A stretch of DNA of 64,000 nt from Bdellovibrionales bacterium (lineage in GTDB: Bacteria; Bdellovibrionota; Bdellovibrionia; Bdellovibrionales; JAGQZY01), in assembly GCA_964230645.1 (NCBI GenBank), contig CAXRHT010000002.1:1184001-1248000 (forward strand). The letters run 5' to 3'. Position numbers and translations under genes: made by a program. The notes under the pieces are model-generated. The model did no database searches and had not been told where the DNA came from. It saw only the letters and a program-made list of their open reading frames with translations. Positions 62,629 to 64,000 of the stretch are shown piece after piece. The number at the start of each line of letters is the position of its first letter. Positions within the stretch are counted from its first letter, which is position 1.

Positions 62629-63999
62629 TTATATCTCCTTTTGATTCTTTTTGATAATCCATTCGTTGTGCTCATTTTGATCGAGATGCTTTAAAAAAGT
62701 CCGAGTTTTGGCACCTTTATGAATAGTAAATTCGTAAGTGTAGGGGTTATTAGGAGAATCGAATACAAAGGGCACTCCAGGTTTTTGCGCAAATTCAAAT
62801 CGATTTTTGTCACTACATTTTGGCATTTTGCCGGGTTTAAATTTATTAATCGTGAAGCAGACATCACCGTAGGCCTTTAAGTAATCTCCATCAGGAACAA
62901 CAGTCACCTTCAACGACCAAGTTCCTCGACCGTCGTTGTCGCCCATAATCATTTGCGATGCTTCACCAAATGGAGAGATCATTGTTGGTCGAGCTACAAC
63001 CTTTCCCCTATGATAGATATTTGCCGTTAGTGTCACGATACCTTCCGAACTTCCGCCAGGGTGCTCTGCGGGCAGTGTCCTCACGCTCTTATTATTTTCA
63101 ACAATACTATTTAAAGAATTACCACTGGTAAGTCCCCCCACCGAAAAAGAAATGGGAAGAAGAAAAAATAAGACAATGACTGGAATATATAGGTTGGGCT
63201 TACTTCGCGTGTCTTTATTTTTCATGGCTGAAATCCTTTCAAGCATTTGATTTTTACTGATGAGTCCTAGTCCTAAATGAGACCATTTGTTGTTCGCCTG
63301 TAAGGTCATGATGTCCATTAAGGTTTTTGCATATTCGGAGCCCTTTAAATGAGGCTGCTGCAAAAAGGCATACTGATCGGCTCGCAACTCTATCGCCTCA
63401 AGCAAACGTCTTCCCGCGTACAACAATAGCGGATTGAACCAAAAAAGACTCGCTACAAGCCGTGCTAAAAAGAGTCTTAAGGGATCAAAGAACCTTTGAT
63501 GGGCTTTTTCATGACTGAGAATCGCTTTGATTTGCTTAGTAGAAAAATGATCCAACAGTTTGATTGAGAAAACGATTTGCGGAGAAAAGAATCCAAACAC
63601 AAAAGGCATAATCGACTGATTTGTCACTATCGTTTTGCTTGGAAACTCAAGAGAGTCGACTTTTAAATCACTTGATTTTACGATTTCCGCAATCATCCTT
63701 TTTTCTTTAAACAGGGGCCGGAGAACGAAGGTCCAAACATGAAAAAGCCATCCGACAATCCAGAGAAGGAATAAAAAATCCAACCAAGAAAGTTCATAAC
63801 CAACCGAGGGGCTGACGACACTTTGTTGCTCCCATTGAGGAGATTGCAGTTGCACCCACTGAACCTTGGATATTTTATCCGCGGAAAGCCACTGCCCTAT
63901 TTTTTGAAAAGGAATTAAAATCAAAACAAAATAAAAGGTCCAGAGATCACTGCGCAAATCAGCGACTTTAGACTTTTTAAATGCGTAGGAGATGATAAG
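62629..63999 (-). CDS. BlaR1/MecR1-like M56 family membrane metallopeptidase (5'-truncated at the window edge)
   Basis: PFVFGFFSP, ILSHEKAH (HExxH), WFNPL, IELRAD, LERI; frame stays open to the window end. Confidence 0.9.
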   Translation of the reverse strand, partial: LIISYAFKKSKVADLRSDLWTFYFVLILIPFQKIGQWLSADKISKVQWVQLQSPQWEQQSVVSPSVGYELSWLDFLFLLWIVGWLFHVWTFVLRPLFKEKRMIAEIVKSSDLKVDSLEFPSKTIVTNQSIMPFVFGFFSPQIVFSIKLLDHFSTKQIKAILSHEKAHQRFFDPLRLFLARLVASLFWFNPLLLYAGRRLLEAIELRADQYAFLQQPHLKGSEYAKTLMDIMTLQANNKWSHLGLGLISKNQMLERISAMKNKDTRSKPNLYIPVIVLFFLLPISFSVGGLTSGNSLNSIVENNKSVRTLPAEHPGGSSEGIVTLTANIYHRGKVVARPTMISPFGEASQMIMGDNDGRGTWSLKVTVVPDGDYLKAYGDVCFTINKFKPGKMPKCSDKNRFEFAQKPGVPFVFDSPNNPYTYEFTIHKGAKTRTFLKHLDQNEHNEWIIKKNQKEI

Positions 64000-64000
64000 A

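Overview
Core translation/transcription region of a bacterial chromosome. Gene content and protein style (FQNC-type lipoprotein signal, many secreted hypotheticals, an L,D-transpeptidase, the TIGR03545/03546 pair) suggest Bdellovibrionota; this is an inference, not a database result. The minus strand carries proS-rlmB, the tRNA cluster Thr-Tyr-Gly-Thr, tuf, tRNA-Trp, secE-nusG, rplKAJL, rpoBC, rpsLG, fusA and the S10-spc-alpha ribosomal protein clusters. The right end carries ribE-ribBX-ribH-ntrYX and accessory genes. The superoperon is remodelled: rplX, rpsD, infA/map and rpmG are absent from their usual slots, about 6.5 kb of accessory genes separate rpsG from fusA, and galE plus a histidine kinase separate nusG from rplK. 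The EF-G has lost the domain IV translocation motifs and looks like a recycling-type EF-G2. Non-coding highlights are a REP-like palindrome family with compensatory changes and a GNA mini-loop (four polar, decaying arrays, two just after fusA and tuf) and a 130-bp MITE/REPIN-like inverted-repeat element. The best candidate for an undescribed system is a BlaR1-like M56 peptidase followed by a secreted stand-alone copy of its own sensor domain. No rRNA, CRISPR array, integrase or transposase was seen.
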